The notes under the pieces are model-generated. The model searched no databases. It was not told the origin of the DNA and worked only from the letters and a program-made list of their open reading frames with translations. A program made the position numbers and the translations under genes. Below are positions 21,092 to 30,784 of a stretch of 64,000 nt of DNA, one piece after another. Numbering within the stretch: the stretch's first letter is position 1; the number at the start of each line of letters is the position of its first letter. Origin of the DNA: Nevskiales bacterium (GTDB lineage: Bacteria > Pseudomonadota > Gammaproteobacteria > Nevskiales > CAJXLF01); the NCBI GenBank assembly GCA_041622995.1, contig JBFJXR010000001.1, positions 10,933-74,932 on the forward strand, written 5' to 3'.

Positions 21092-21753
21092 CTTCGTATG
21101 ACTCAGAGGACGAGGATGAAATCATTCCCATGCGCCAGAGATTCAGAGGCTTCCTGCCTGTCGTCATTGATGTAGAGACCGGTGGATTTAACTCGGTCAC
21201 TGATGCCTTGCTGGAAATTGCGGCCGTCACTCTACGCATCAATGACAAGGGTGATATTGAGCGCAAGAGCACTTACCATTATCACGTAACCCCGTTCGAA
21301 GGCAGCAACCTTGAAAAGGCCTCGCTTGAAGTCAATGGCATAGATCCACATCATCCATTACGACCCGCTATAGATGAACACGAAGTGTTAACCCGGATTT
21401 TCAAGGAAGTACGCCGTGAAATTTCCGAACAGGGCTGTACGCGTGCGGTACTGGTCGGTCATAACGCGCATTTTGACCTCGGCTTCCTGAATGCCGCAAT
21501 CGAAAGATCTGGCATCAAGCGCAACCCGTTTCATCCATTCAGTGTTTTCGACACTGTCACATTGGCCGGGGTCGGACTGGGACAGACAGTATTATCCCGC
21601 TCCGTAGACATGGCAGGGATGAATTGGGACAGCAAGGAAGCACATTCAGCCCGCTATGATACCGAGCGTACTGCTGATTTATTTTGTCTTCTTGTAAACC
21701 GGATGCGTTCGGTTTACGAACTAAGCATGCTTGAACAAGAAGAAATGAAATAG
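21088..21753 (+). CDS. rnt: ribonuclease T
   Basis: The ATG at 21088 overlaps the pyrC stop (ATGA). DEDDh exonuclease motifs are present: [17 protein letters not shown] and HSARYD. Confidence 0.9.
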   Translation: MTSYDSEDEDEIIPMRQRFRGFLPVVIDVETGGFNSVTDALLEIAAVTLRINDKGDIERKSTYHYHVTPFEGSNLEKASLEVNGIDPHHPLRPAIDEHEVLTRIFKEVRREISEQGCTRAVLVGHNAHFDLGFLNAAIERSGIKRNPFHPFSVFDTVTLAGVGLGQTVLSRSVDMAGMNWDSKEAHSARYDTERTADLFCLLVNRMRSVYELSMLEQEEMK

Positions 21754-21789
21754 TCAGGCAATGACCACATCCAGTTATCCGGAGAAATC

Positions 21790-22950
21790 ATGATCAGGGC
21801 ACTCAAATCTTTAGCAATAGTTCTTCTTATATTGCTTATTGGACTGGCCTATACACTGCACCATATATATGGGGGCGGCGAAGCCTTCCCTGATAGAAGT
21901 GGAAATGCAGTTTTTCCTGGTGATGTGCTTGAAAAGGTCGCTGATCTGGACTATCCACCAGGAAATATTGCTGTTTCCAGAGATGGGCGCGTTTTTTTCA
22001 CTCTACATCCGGAAGCTCGTCCCCATTTGAAAGTTGTTGAACTGATAGATGGGCAAGCCCGGGCATTTCCAAGCATGGCCTTTCAAACGGGCATGGATGA
22101 TGAAGGGAAGACAGAATCCCGATATTTCCGGAATGTATTGTCCATGCGTATTGACCGATACCATCGTCTCTGGACCCTGGACAATGGACATCATGGTTTT
22201 GACGCCGCAAGGATAATGGCTTTTGACATTAACGATGGCCGTGTACTCCACGAGTATGTTTTTCCGCCAAGCATCGCGGATTTGGGATCACATCTGAATG
22301 ACCTGCAGGTATCCCCTGACGGAAGAACCATTTACATTGCCGATGCAAGCTTCTTTGCCAAAACCCCGGCCCTGATTGTATATGACGTCAAAAACCGCGC
22401 GGCTCGACGTGTCATTGAAAATCATGAAAGTGTCGATGCTGAAAAATATGTACCTGTCGTTCAGGGACGGAAGATGCTCGCTCTTGGCCTCGTGGCCATA
22501 CGCCCCGGCGTGGATTCCATTGTTTTGGACACTAAAGGCGAATGGCTTTATTTCGCACCTGTCACCAACAATTACCTGTATCGCGCCCGTACTGAAGACC
22601 TGCTAAACCCAAAGCTTAATCAAGACGAACTCGAATCCAGAATTGAGCGCTTCGCAGAAAAAACCATGAGTGACGGCCTCACTACCGATCTGGATGGAAA
22701 TATTTATATTTCCGATCTCGAACACTCTGCCATCATCTCAATGAACCCCGCTGGAAAGATGACCACACTGATCAAGGACGAGCGTTTGAGATGGCCAGAC
22801 GGCTTCAGTTTTGGCCCGGACGGTTGGCTTTACGTGGCTTGTAGCAGCCTGCAGCAGGTCATTGGTCTTTTACCGACGAGTGTGACGAACAACGCTCCTT
22901 ACCAGATATTTCGTTTCAAACCCGGGCCTGAAGGTGTGCCTGGTCACTAG
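21790..22950 (+). CDS. membrane-anchored beta-propeller protein, MRJP/yellow (L-dopachrome tautomerase-related) or SGL-like family
   Basis: 386 aa with an N-terminal TM anchor. Repeated blade-like segments are visible (RLWTLDNG, DGRTIYIADAS, LIVYD, DGNIYISD, DGWLYVA). Family assignment is from memory of the pattern only. Confidence 0.5.
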   Translation: MIRALKSLAIVLLILLIGLAYTLHHIYGGGEAFPDRSGNAVFPGDVLEKVADLDYPPGNIAVSRDGRVFFTLHPEARPHLKVVELIDGQARAFPSMAFQTGMDDEGKTESRYFRNVLSMRIDRYHRLWTLDNGHHGFDAARIMAFDINDGRVLHEYVFPPSIADLGSHLNDLQVSPDGRTIYIADASFFAKTPALIVYDVKNRAARRVIENHESVDAEKYVPVVQGRKMLALGLVAIRPGVDSIVLDTKGEWLYFAPVTNNYLYRARTEDLLNPKLNQDELESRIERFAEKTMSDGLTTDLDGNIYISDLEHSAIISMNPAGKMTTLIKDERLRWPDGFSFGPDGWLYVACSSLQQVIGLLPTSVTNNAPYQIFRFKPGPEGVPGH

Positions 22951-22966
22951 AGTATAAGGATTGATC

Positions 22967-23791
22967 ATGTCATTTGAATCACTACCAGATACAGCCACCA
23001 TCCTTAGCTGGCTTCAACCCGCATTGATTAAAATCGCGGGCGCCAGTGCCATACTGGTAATTGGCATGTGGTTAAACAGGCGTCTGAGCACTCTGGTCGA
23101 AGGCATGATTTTTCGTGCCCGCCGCGATCAGGCACTGGCGAGCTTCTTGAGCAAAGTCAGCCATGTGGTAGTGCTCATTTTCATCTTCATAGCCGCCCTC
23201 AATCATCTGGGCGTCGACACTACAGCTGCAGCAGCCATTGTAGGTGGCTCGGCACTGGCCATTGGCCTGAGCCTGCAGAAACAGCTCTCCTCACTGGCGG
23301 CAGGCATCATGCTGATTATATTTCGGCCGTTCCGTATCGGTGATTTCATCGAAGCTGGAGGCGTTTCAGGCACGGTTAAGGAAATCCACATGGTGAAAAC
23401 CGTTTTACGTACGGGCAATAACCAGATCATCCATATTCCCAACGCGGAAATTTGGGATTCAGCAATCGTCAACTACAGCACTGAGCCCACAAGACGTATA
23501 GATCTGAACATTGGTGTCAGTTACGAAGCTGACCTGCGCGAGACACGCAAGGTACTGGAAGCGGTGCTTGGGGCAGAAGAACGAATACTTGCCGAGCCTG
23601 CGCCCGTCATCGCTGTCGCTGAACTGGGAAACAGCGCAGTGGTTTTCAAGGTACGGCCGTGGGTGAAAACCTCTGAATACTGGGTGGTTTTATGGACGCT
23701 GACAGAGGCAATTAAAAATGCCCTCGATGATGCCGATATCGGTATTCCCTACCCGCAGATGGATGTCCACCTGCATCAGCAAAACGGCTAA
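22967..23791 (+). CDS. small-conductance mechanosensitive channel (MscS family)
   Basis: I prefer the ATG at 22967, 6 nt after aagga; the track uses TTG at 22961. It has 3 TM helices followed by the MscS beta domain ([33 protein letters not shown]). Confidence 0.85.
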   Translation: MSFESLPDTATILSWLQPALIKIAGASAILVIGMWLNRRLSTLVEGMIFRARRDQALASFLSKVSHVVVLIFIFIAALNHLGVDTTAAAAIVGGSALAIGLSLQKQLSSLAAGIMLIIFRPFRIGDFIEAGGVSGTVKEIHMVKTVLRTGNNQIIHIPNAEIWDSAIVNYSTEPTRRIDLNIGVSYEADLRETRKVLEAVLGAEERILAEPAPVIAVAELGNSAVVFKVRPWVKTSEYWVVLWTLTEAIKNALDDADIGIPYPQMDVHLHQQNG

Positions 23792-23814
23792 TCCCTCACC
23801 GATTACGTTACAAT

Positions 23815-24819
23815 GTGTGCCAAATGACAGACCAAACCATCCCATTATCCGAGGCATTAAAGCCGGACCCTCACCGCAAACAGCGTGGCGAGGAAAAAAT
23901 GGCGCGCATACCTGTCAAATTTGAACCAACGGTCAAACCTCTACGTAAACCGGACTGGATACGAATTCGCCTGAGCCATAGCCCGCAGGTAAAACGCCTT
24001 AAGGATGTGCTTCGAGGCCAGCGATTGCATACCGTTTGCGAAGAAGCTTCGTGCCCGAATCTTGATGAATGCTTTGGCAAAGGCACTGCCACTTTCATGA
24101 TCATGGGGGATGTATGTACCCGTCGATGCCCATTCTGTGATGTGGCCCATGGTCGCCCGAATGCGCTCGATAAGGATGAACCTGGCAACCTTGCGCGCAC
24201 CATCAAGGCAATGGGACTGAGCTATGTTGTGATCACCTCCGTTGATCGTGATGATCTGAAGGACGGAGGTGCCAGTCACTTTGCTGAGTGCATACGCGAA
24301 ACACGTGCGTTGAACCCGCATACACGAGTTGAAGTGCTGGTACCGGATTTCCGGGGGCGCATGGACCCGGCTCTTGACGCCCTTTGGGACAGCCCTCCTG
24401 ATGTGTTCAACCATAACCTTGAGACCGTGCCACGTTTATACCTGAAGGCAAGGCCGGGCTCTGACTACCAATGGTCACTTTCACTTCTTAAGCGCTTCAA
24501 GGCACGGTACCCAAATATCGTAACCAAATCCGGGCTCATGCTGGGACTGGGCGAAGAAATCAGTGAAATAGAACAGGTCATGCAGGATTTACGAGAGCAC
24601 GATGTAACTATGCTAACGCTAGGCCAGTACCTGCAACCCAGCCGCCACCATCTTCCTGTTGTGCGATATGTACATCCTGATGAATTTGAACGCCTTCGTG
24701 AAATAGGTGAAGCCATGGGCTTTGAACATGTCGCCAGTGGACCACTCGTGCGCTCCTCATATCATGCTGACTTGCAAGCCGAAGGCGGGTTTCAGGAAAT
24801 CATCAACGCCAGCGCCTGA
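23815..24819 (+). CDS. lipA: lipoyl synthase
   Basis: It has the auxiliary cluster motif [12 protein letters not shown] and the radical-SAM motif [10 protein letters not shown]. The start could instead be the ATG at 23824. Confidence 0.95.
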   Translation: MCQMTDQTIPLSEALKPDPHRKQRGEEKMARIPVKFEPTVKPLRKPDWIRIRLSHSPQVKRLKDVLRGQRLHTVCEEASCPNLDECFGKGTATFMIMGDVCTRRCPFCDVAHGRPNALDKDEPGNLARTIKAMGLSYVVITSVDRDDLKDGGASHFAECIRETRALNPHTRVEVLVPDFRGRMDPALDALWDSPPDVFNHNLETVPRLYLKARPGSDYQWSLSLLKRFKARYPNIVTKSGLMLGLGEEISEIEQVMQDLREHDVTMLTLGQYLQPSRHHLPVVRYVHPDEFERLREIGEAMGFEHVASGPLVRSSYHADLQAEGGFQEIINASA

Positions 24820-24840
24820 TACAGAACTTATTCAGAACAA

Positions 24841-24871
24841 AAAAAAAGCGCATACAGGATGCGCTTTTTTT
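24841..24871. terminator. bidirectional rho-independent terminator (lipA / OmpA-family gene)
   Basis: The sequence is A7-gcgcat-acagg-atgcgc-T7, sitting between convergent genes. Confidence 0.8.
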
Positions 24872-24892
24872 ATACTCAGGGAAGACAGCTCT

Positions 24893-25726
24893 TTACTGAG
24901 CAGCCCGGTTAATAACCAGTTCCACACGACGATTTTGTGAACGTCCCTGATGGGTGCTGTTACTTGCCACCGGTCTGGACTCGCCAAAACCTACGGCAAA
25001 TACACTTCCGGGATTCACGCCACGCTCGATGAGTGCCTGGCGAACAGATTCTGAACGACGCTCAGACAATGACTGGTTGTACTCATCAGTGCCTGTGCTA
25101 TCTGTGTGACCCTCAACCGTAAGCGTATAGTCTGGATTGCCCTGCATAAAGCTGACAACGCGCTCAATCATGGCGCCGTATTCACGCCCGACATAAGCAC
25201 TGTCCACAGCAAACAACACATCGGACAGTGTTATTACCAAGCCACGGTTATCATCAATGCGCGAACTGGTCTGGGCATTGCTAACGGCATCAAGCTGGCG
25301 CTTCAACTCAGCCAGTTTTGCACGCTGGGCTGCGCCAATTGCTTTGGCTTCGCGCGCCGCCTCAGCCTGTTCGGCCAGAGTACGCTCCCATAAAAGCCGG
25401 GCATCTGACTTACGGGCTTTCGCCTCGGCTACACTCGCATATCGTTCTGCAAGATAGCTGTAATGGATAACATGTCCGGCCTCATCTTCGTCCAGGTCTC
25501 CGTCTTCCTCGTACCAGACATATTCAGCACGACCAAGATTTTCCTGCGCTTTCTTCAGGTCAATCGTTGAATGAGTACCTACTGATGGGTTTTGCTCGGC
25601 TCTGGCTACTGCCGCTCGTGCGCGCTCAAGTTCTTCGCCACCGAGACCAGAGGAAGCACAGCCTGAAACCAGCACGGCACTCGCGATTGCCAAAATGGCA
25701 GAAGTGGATATGAAACGTGTGCTCAT
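24893..25726 (-). CDS. OmpA-family lipoprotein with an N-terminal DUF4398-like helical domain
   Basis: 277 aa with a lipobox (LVSGCAS). The C-terminal OmpA-like domain reads VEGHTDSTGTDEYNQSLSERRSESV..RRVELVI. Confidence 0.85.
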   Translation of the reverse strand: MSTRFISTSAILAIASAVLVSGCASSGLGGEELERARAAVARAEQNPSVGTHSTIDLKKAQENLGRAEYVWYEEDGDLDEDEAGHVIHYSYLAERYASVAEAKARKSDARLLWERTLAEQAEAAREAKAIGAAQRAKLAELKRQLDAVSNAQTSSRIDDNRGLVITLSDVLFAVDSAYVGREYGAMIERVVSFMQGNPDYTLTVEGHTDSTGTDEYNQSLSERRSESVRQALIERGVNPGSVFAVGFGESRPVASNSTHQGRSQNRRVELVINRAAQ

Positions 25727-26199
25727 TCTTCAGCCTCCACGATGTCTTCTGCCATGCGTTTAAGTTCAGAGCGAATGGCCTGAACATTACGTTGTAACTG
25801 CACTAGGCGGGCTTCCTCTTCATTTGCTTCTGCATTTGCCAGCGCCAGTTCGGCATCTGCCAGTGCTTCCTGGGCAAGCCATAAACCGACGATGAAACCG
25901 TCATCATCCTCGTCCATGTCATCATCTTCTTCCGCTTGCGCCCATGCAGCACGGGAAGACTCAAGATGATCATATGCCGATGCCAAAGTGGCAGGGTCAT
26001 GACGACGCGCTCCGGCCTCTTCAGCATGAGCAATAATGCTTTCAGTGCGCGCTAGCTCACCGTTGGACTCATACCGCTCTGTTGGAATAACTGTAACCAC
26101 GCGCATGGATTCACGATCCGCACGATATTGACTTGGTGCACATGCCATCAACAAACTGAGGCTGCCAACCATTAAAAAAAGTTGCCTGGGCAGACGCAT
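25723..26199 (-). CDS. DUF4398-like lipoprotein
   Basis: The ATG at 26199 is preceded by aaggggga and gives MRLPRQLFLMVGSLSLLMAC (lipobox). The body is helical with an acidic insert (EEDDDMDEDDDG). Its stop overlaps the downstream gene's start (ATGA). Confidence 0.6.
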   Translation of the reverse strand: MRLPRQLFLMVGSLSLLMACAPSQYRADRESMRVVTVIPTERYESNGELARTESIIAHAEEAGARRHDPATLASAYDHLESSRAAWAQAEEDDDMDEDDDGFIVGLWLAQEALADAELALANAEANEEEARLVQLQRNVQAIRSELKRMAEDIVEAEE

Positions 26200-26689
26200 A
26201 ACTCCCCCTTCTAAAAGGCCTCCCGAACACTGTGCGTCCAGCACCAGTCGGGACCAGTAAGTTAGGATACACACTCCAAAAAATAGCACAAGCAATCTTG
26301 TTCGACGAATTTATTATCCGATCTCAACATTGCTGCCTCAAGTGAACGATTCGTAAGCAGTTTTCAGTAATCCGAAAAATTACTTTTCGACCATTTCCAG
26401 CCATTTTAACGGTTTGACATCGTGTCCCAACCCTTCCGGAAATATTTGAAACTTGGCGCATGTACGGACTGACTATTTTCTGGTTCCAGGCAAAGTTTTT
26501 CTAAAACATCAATTGAAGGACGAACAACTGCTTTGAAAATGCATTTTTATGCAGATAATTCCTTGCTTTTGCGCATTTAACTGCCAACTTTCATGGCAAT
26601 CAAATTAATACATTTTCAGATGAATGAATTGACCAGTACACAAAAACCCAAACCATTGTTGCCATACCGTTCCTGGCTACAGATAAATG

Positions 26690-27379
26690 TCATGGGCTTT
26701 TCGATAATTTATTATTCAATGCGGATAGTCGCTCAGGGGTACCAATGTCGTCCCACTCGCCCTCGTAGATTTCCCCGCTCACACGATCCGCATTCATGGC
26801 ATCTTTAAGCAACGGCGCCAGGGGGAATTTCAGTGGCTGATTTCCGCCCACCAGTTCCGGCCGGTATATACCCATGCCGCTATAGGTCAATTTTATTCCC
26901 GAACCCAGACTTAGGCGTCCCTCATTGAGGACAAAATCACCATGGGGGTGTTGCGGAGGATTGGGAACCATGATCAGGTGCGCCAGATCATTTGCTGCGA
27001 GTCGATACTTCAAAAGTTGTTCGAACGGATAATCAGTAAAGACATCTCCATTCACCACGACGAATGGTCCGGAACCCAGTAAAGGCAGTGCATGCCGAAT
27101 GCCCCCACCCGTCTCGAGCGCCTGTTCTCCCTCGCGGGAATAACTCACTTGCAGACCAAAGTCCGCCCCATCCCGGAGCCAGGATTCAATTTTGTCACCT
27201 TTATAAGCCAGGTTCACAACGACACGTGAAAACCCGGCATCGGACAGACGTGAAAGGTGATGTGCCAGTAGTGGTTTTCCAGCAACCTTGAGCATTGGCT
27301 TTGGCAATGTATCGGTCAAGGGTCTCATACGCTCGCCACGGCCTGCCGCCATAATCATGACCGGGATTGAATTCGGCAT
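26690..27379 (-). CDS. murU: N-acetylmuramate alpha-1-phosphate uridylyltransferase (nucleotidyltransferase)
   Basis: 229 aa. The N-terminal motif is MIMAAGRGERMRPLTDTLPKPML. It lies directly downstream of the amgK-like kinase and next to lptD, as in Pseudomonas. Confidence 0.8.
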   Translation of the reverse strand: MPNSIPVMIMAAGRGERMRPLTDTLPKPMLKVAGKPLLAHHLSRLSDAGFSRVVVNLAYKGDKIESWLRDGADFGLQVSYSREGEQALETGGGIRHALPLLGSGPFVVVNGDVFTDYPFEQLLKYRLAANDLAHLIMVPNPPQHPHGDFVLNEGRLSLGSGIKLTYSGMGIYRPELVGGNQPLKFPLAPLLKDAMNADRVSGEIYEGEWDDIGTPERLSALNNKLSKSP

Positions 27380-28390
27380 TTAAGCTTCCATGCCCAGTTT
27401 GTCAAATAGACTCATGAGTGGTGCCATTTCCGGATAGGCAGGGGCAATCTCTCTTATATAGCGAACAAACCGGGGCGTATCCTCAAGATAATGCGGCTTT
27501 CCATCCCGATAATTGATACGGGCAAATATGCCAAGCACCTTCAGATGTCGCTGCAATCCGATTAAATCAAAATCCCGAATGAAATCCACCAATGCCGGAA
27601 CAGGCAGCCCGGCAGATTCGGCTTTTGACCAGTATTCATGCCGCCACTTCTCGACCTGATGAGGGGACCAACTGATAAAAGCATCCTTGAATAACGATAA
27701 TACGTCATAAGCCAGCGGCCCTTCTACTGCATCTTGGAAATCCAGAATCCCCGGGTTCGGCTTACAGAACATCAGGTTGCGGGGCATGTAATCTCTATGT
27801 ACGAATACCCTTGGCTGTGCCAATGCTGCGTTAACAAGAACTTCAACTATTTTTTCCCAGTCGTCACGCTGTGATCCTGTTAATTCCTTACCCAGATGTA
27901 TGCCAATAAACCAGTCAGGAAAAAGAGACAGTTCACGCTGCAACAACTCCCGGTCATAAGGAGGCAGAACTGCTGATCTGCTGGATGCTTGCCAGGTAAC
28001 CAGCGCATCAATCGCATCTGACATCAGATCATCCGGATTCGATACTGATAGCTGTGACATATAGGTCTGCGACCCCATGTCGGATAAAAGCAAAAAACCC
28101 TGACTCAGGTCCTTGGCCAATACACGAGGCGCATTCAAACCGGCGTCATGCATTAAACCGGCTACACGAACGAATGGTTCACTGTCTTCTTTATCAGGCG
28201 GCGCATCCATAATGATGACAGTTTCATCCGCGGATTCAGTGCGGAAATAGCGCCTGAAACTGGCGTCTGATGACGCGGGCTGAAGTTCGTAATTGCCTGT
28301 TCCTAAAACAGATTGCAGCCAATCCAGTATTAATTGCTGCCTTTCGTCATCCGATTTCTCAACCTGTTTTTCTGATTGCGGGTCTGGCAT
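27380..28390 (-). CDS. amgK: anomeric MurNAc/GlcNAc kinase (APH-fold phosphotransferase)
   Basis: 336 aa with the protein-kinase-like fold motifs HRDYMPRNLM and ILDFQDA. Synteny with murU and divergent lptD supports the call. Confidence 0.75.
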   Translation of the reverse strand: MPDPQSEKQVEKSDDERQQLILDWLQSVLGTGNYELQPASSDASFRRYFRTESADETVIIMDAPPDKEDSEPFVRVAGLMHDAGLNAPRVLAKDLSQGFLLLSDMGSQTYMSQLSVSNPDDLMSDAIDALVTWQASSRSAVLPPYDRELLQRELSLFPDWFIGIHLGKELTGSQRDDWEKIVEVLVNAALAQPRVFVHRDYMPRNLMFCKPNPGILDFQDAVEGPLAYDVLSLFKDAFISWSPHQVEKWRHEYWSKAESAGLPVPALVDFIRDFDLIGLQRHLKVLGIFARINYRDGKPHYLEDTPRFVRYIREIAPAYPEMAPLMSLFDKLGMEA

Positions 28391-28559
28391 TTGGTCTCAA
28401 TTCTGATTGCGGTAAAAACATTCCTGATCACAACGCATTGGGCATACGTTGCACCAGTAGGTAGCATCCTCGCATAATGACCCTATACCAAACAAACGTT
28501 ACCTTGGCTTAACTGGGCATTAGAGACCAGTCGTCGATACATCACAGCGAGACATCGCC

Positions 28560-30782
28560 TTGAAGACCCAAAATTTGAATTTCAACATCTGGCCCGGACT
28601 GCGCTCTTTGAGCCTGCTTTTTATTCTTGCACTGGCTGCCACTTCAGGTCATGCACAGGAATGTCCACTGCCCAAAATCGTGGACGTAGAATTACCGAAA
28701 GACCCGACTGCAGCAACAGAATTGACGGCCGATTCTGCAGAACTCGGGGACGATGGCAGTTCCATACTAAGTGGAAATGTACGCCTGGAACAATCTGGGC
28801 GCGCAATGGAAGCCGATGAGATACGGTACAACCGCGAAACCGGAAGGGCACAGGTCATGGGCAATGCCCGCTTCCGCTCTCCCAGTTTCAGTGTAGAAGC
28901 CGAAAGTGCTGATATTGAATTAAAAAAAGAACAGGGCGAATTTTATAACAGCCGCTTTGCCATTGCAGAAAGCCACGCCCGAGGCAGTGCAAGCACACTC
29001 AGCAGTGACGGTCAGGGCAGTCTTGCAATGCAGGATGCTGAATATACCACCTGCCCGGAAAGCAATGAGTTCTGGAAGCTACGTGCAAAACGTGTGGAAC
29101 TCGACAACAACACAGGCTGGGGAAAGGCATGGGGTACTCAGCTACGCATCAAAGATGTTCCCGTCGCCTACGTGCCCTACTTCTGGTTTCCGATTGATGA
29201 GCGTCGGCAAACCGGTTTTCTGCCTCCGAAAATCGGTGATTCGGATAATACCGGACTGGATGTCAGCATTCCCTACTACATCAACATTGCACCCAATTAC
29301 GATGCCACGATTACGCCCAGAAATCTGGCCGAGAGAGGTGAACAAATCAGTGGTGAATTCAGATACCTGAGCTTTGGCGGCAGCGGCGTACTGGGCGCTG
29401 AATATTTATTCGAAGATGAGCGCACAAAAACAACTCGCGACCTACTGCTTTATCGCCATAACGGTTACCTGACAACCAATAGCAGCATATCTGTTGATTA
29501 TACGAAGGTCAGTGACAACAACTACTTTCAGGACCTGGATAATCGTGTCGGGGTAAGTGCCCAAACACATCTAAGGCAGGGACTGGCCATTAACTGGCAA
29601 CCGAGCCGATGGTTCTGGGGCAGCGCTCGTGTACAGGACTACCAGACCATTGATAACACAATCACGCTTGCTCAGGACCTGCCATACACACGCTTGCCAC
29701 AAATACGCCTGCACGCTATCTCACCTTATATGATCGGGTTCCAATTCGGAATTGAGACTGAGGCAACAGCTTTCACACATGATAACGGCAATCTGCCTGT
29801 CACAGCCCTCATCCCCGAGGGGGAGCGCTTTGACATTCGCCCTCGAATGACCTGGAAATGGGATAACGGTGGAAACTATGTAGACAGTGAACTCGCTGTA
29901 CGCTACACCGCTTATCGTCTGGAAAATGTAGCCCCAGGCACAGATGACCAGCCAGATCGCACGCTACCCAGTTTTAATTTTGAAGTTGGTCAGCGATACG
30001 AGCGCCTACTCGGCAATGGCAGCATGCATACCCTTCAGCCACGGGTGTTTTACCAGTATGTGGCAAGTGAAAATCAGGATAATCTGCCGATTTTTGACAG
30101 CGGCGACCCGGACTTCCTTTTTTACCGCTTGTTTGAAGAGAACCGCTATACCGGTATTGATCGGATAGGCGACGCTAACCACATGGCTGTGGCCATTACT
30201 TCACGCTGGCTGGATGCCGATGAAGGCAGTGTATGGCTTGAATACAGCCTGGGCCAGATTTTCCGCTTCAGCGACCCCGAAGTATTCCTCCCTGGTGCAC
30301 CACGACCGGATAATAACCGTTCAGACCTGGTTAATGATATCCAGCTGCATATGACCAGAAACTGGACCACTGGAGTTTCTGCTCAGTACGATACCGAAGA
30401 ACGTGAGATCAATCGGGGTAGCGTACGTGTACGTTATCATGATGATTCTGACAGGCTGGTTGGTGTGGCTTACCGCTTCCGTCGCCAGGTACTTCAGCAG
30501 ACCGATCTGAGTTTCGGCATTCCTCTGGGTCAGGAATGGCGCGCGATAGGGCGCTGGAATCATTCCATACGTGACGAGCAGGATGTTGAAACCCTGCTCG
30601 GACTGCAATATCGAAGCTGTTGCTGGTCAGTGACGACTGCATATCGCCGTTACCTTAACGGCCTGCCAGGTGAATATAACAACGCGGTTTATATCCAGTT
30701 CGATCTTCTGGGTCTGGCCCAATTTGGCGACAACTTTGATCGACTGCTCGAACGCGACACATTACGTAATATAGATTATTGA
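28560..30782 (+). CDS. lptD: LPS-assembly outer membrane protein LptD
   Basis: 740 aa with a TTG start and a signal peptide (..ATSGHAQ). It has an OstA N-terminal domain plus a large beta-barrel, and is followed by surA-pdxA-rsmA-apaH. Confidence 0.9.
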   Translation: MKTQNLNFNIWPGLRSLSLLFILALAATSGHAQECPLPKIVDVELPKDPTAATELTADSAELGDDGSSILSGNVRLEQSGRAMEADEIRYNRETGRAQVMGNARFRSPSFSVEAESADIELKKEQGEFYNSRFAIAESHARGSASTLSSDGQGSLAMQDAEYTTCPESNEFWKLRAKRVELDNNTGWGKAWGTQLRIKDVPVAYVPYFWFPIDERRQTGFLPPKIGDSDNTGLDVSIPYYINIAPNYDATITPRNLAERGEQISGEFRYLSFGGSGVLGAEYLFEDERTKTTRDLLLYRHNGYLTTNSSISVDYTKVSDNNYFQDLDNRVGVSAQTHLRQGLAINWQPSRWFWGSARVQDYQTIDNTITLAQDLPYTRLPQIRLHAISPYMIGFQFGIETEATAFTHDNGNLPVTALIPEGERFDIRPRMTWKWDNGGNYVDSELAVRYTAYRLENVAPGTDDQPDRTLPSFNFEVGQRYERLLGNGSMHTLQPRVFYQYVASENQDNLPIFDSGDPDFLFYRLFEENRYTGIDRIGDANHMAVAITSRWLDADEGSVWLEYSLGQIFRFSDPEVFLPGAPRPDNNRSDLVNDIQLHMTRNWTTGVSAQYDTEEREINRGSVRVRYHDDSDRLVGVAYRFRRQVLQQTDLSFGIPLGQEWRAIGRWNHSIRDEQDVETLLGLQYRSCCWSVTTAYRRYLNGLPGEYNNAVYIQFDLLGLAQFGDNFDRLLERDTLRNIDY

Positions 30783-30784
30783 TT

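Noticed and set aside
26330-26560. Rsm/Csr-type sRNA in the long AT-rich gap (a few GGA motifs)
   Set aside because: There are only about three GGA motifs. There is no GacA-box-like palindrome (cgtaag..tcagta is a poor match) and no terminator with a U-tract.
26593-26808. 71-aa ORF at the edge of the AT-rich gap
   Set aside because: It runs antisense into the murU 3' end. Its composition is odd, and it has no RBS and no recognisable family.
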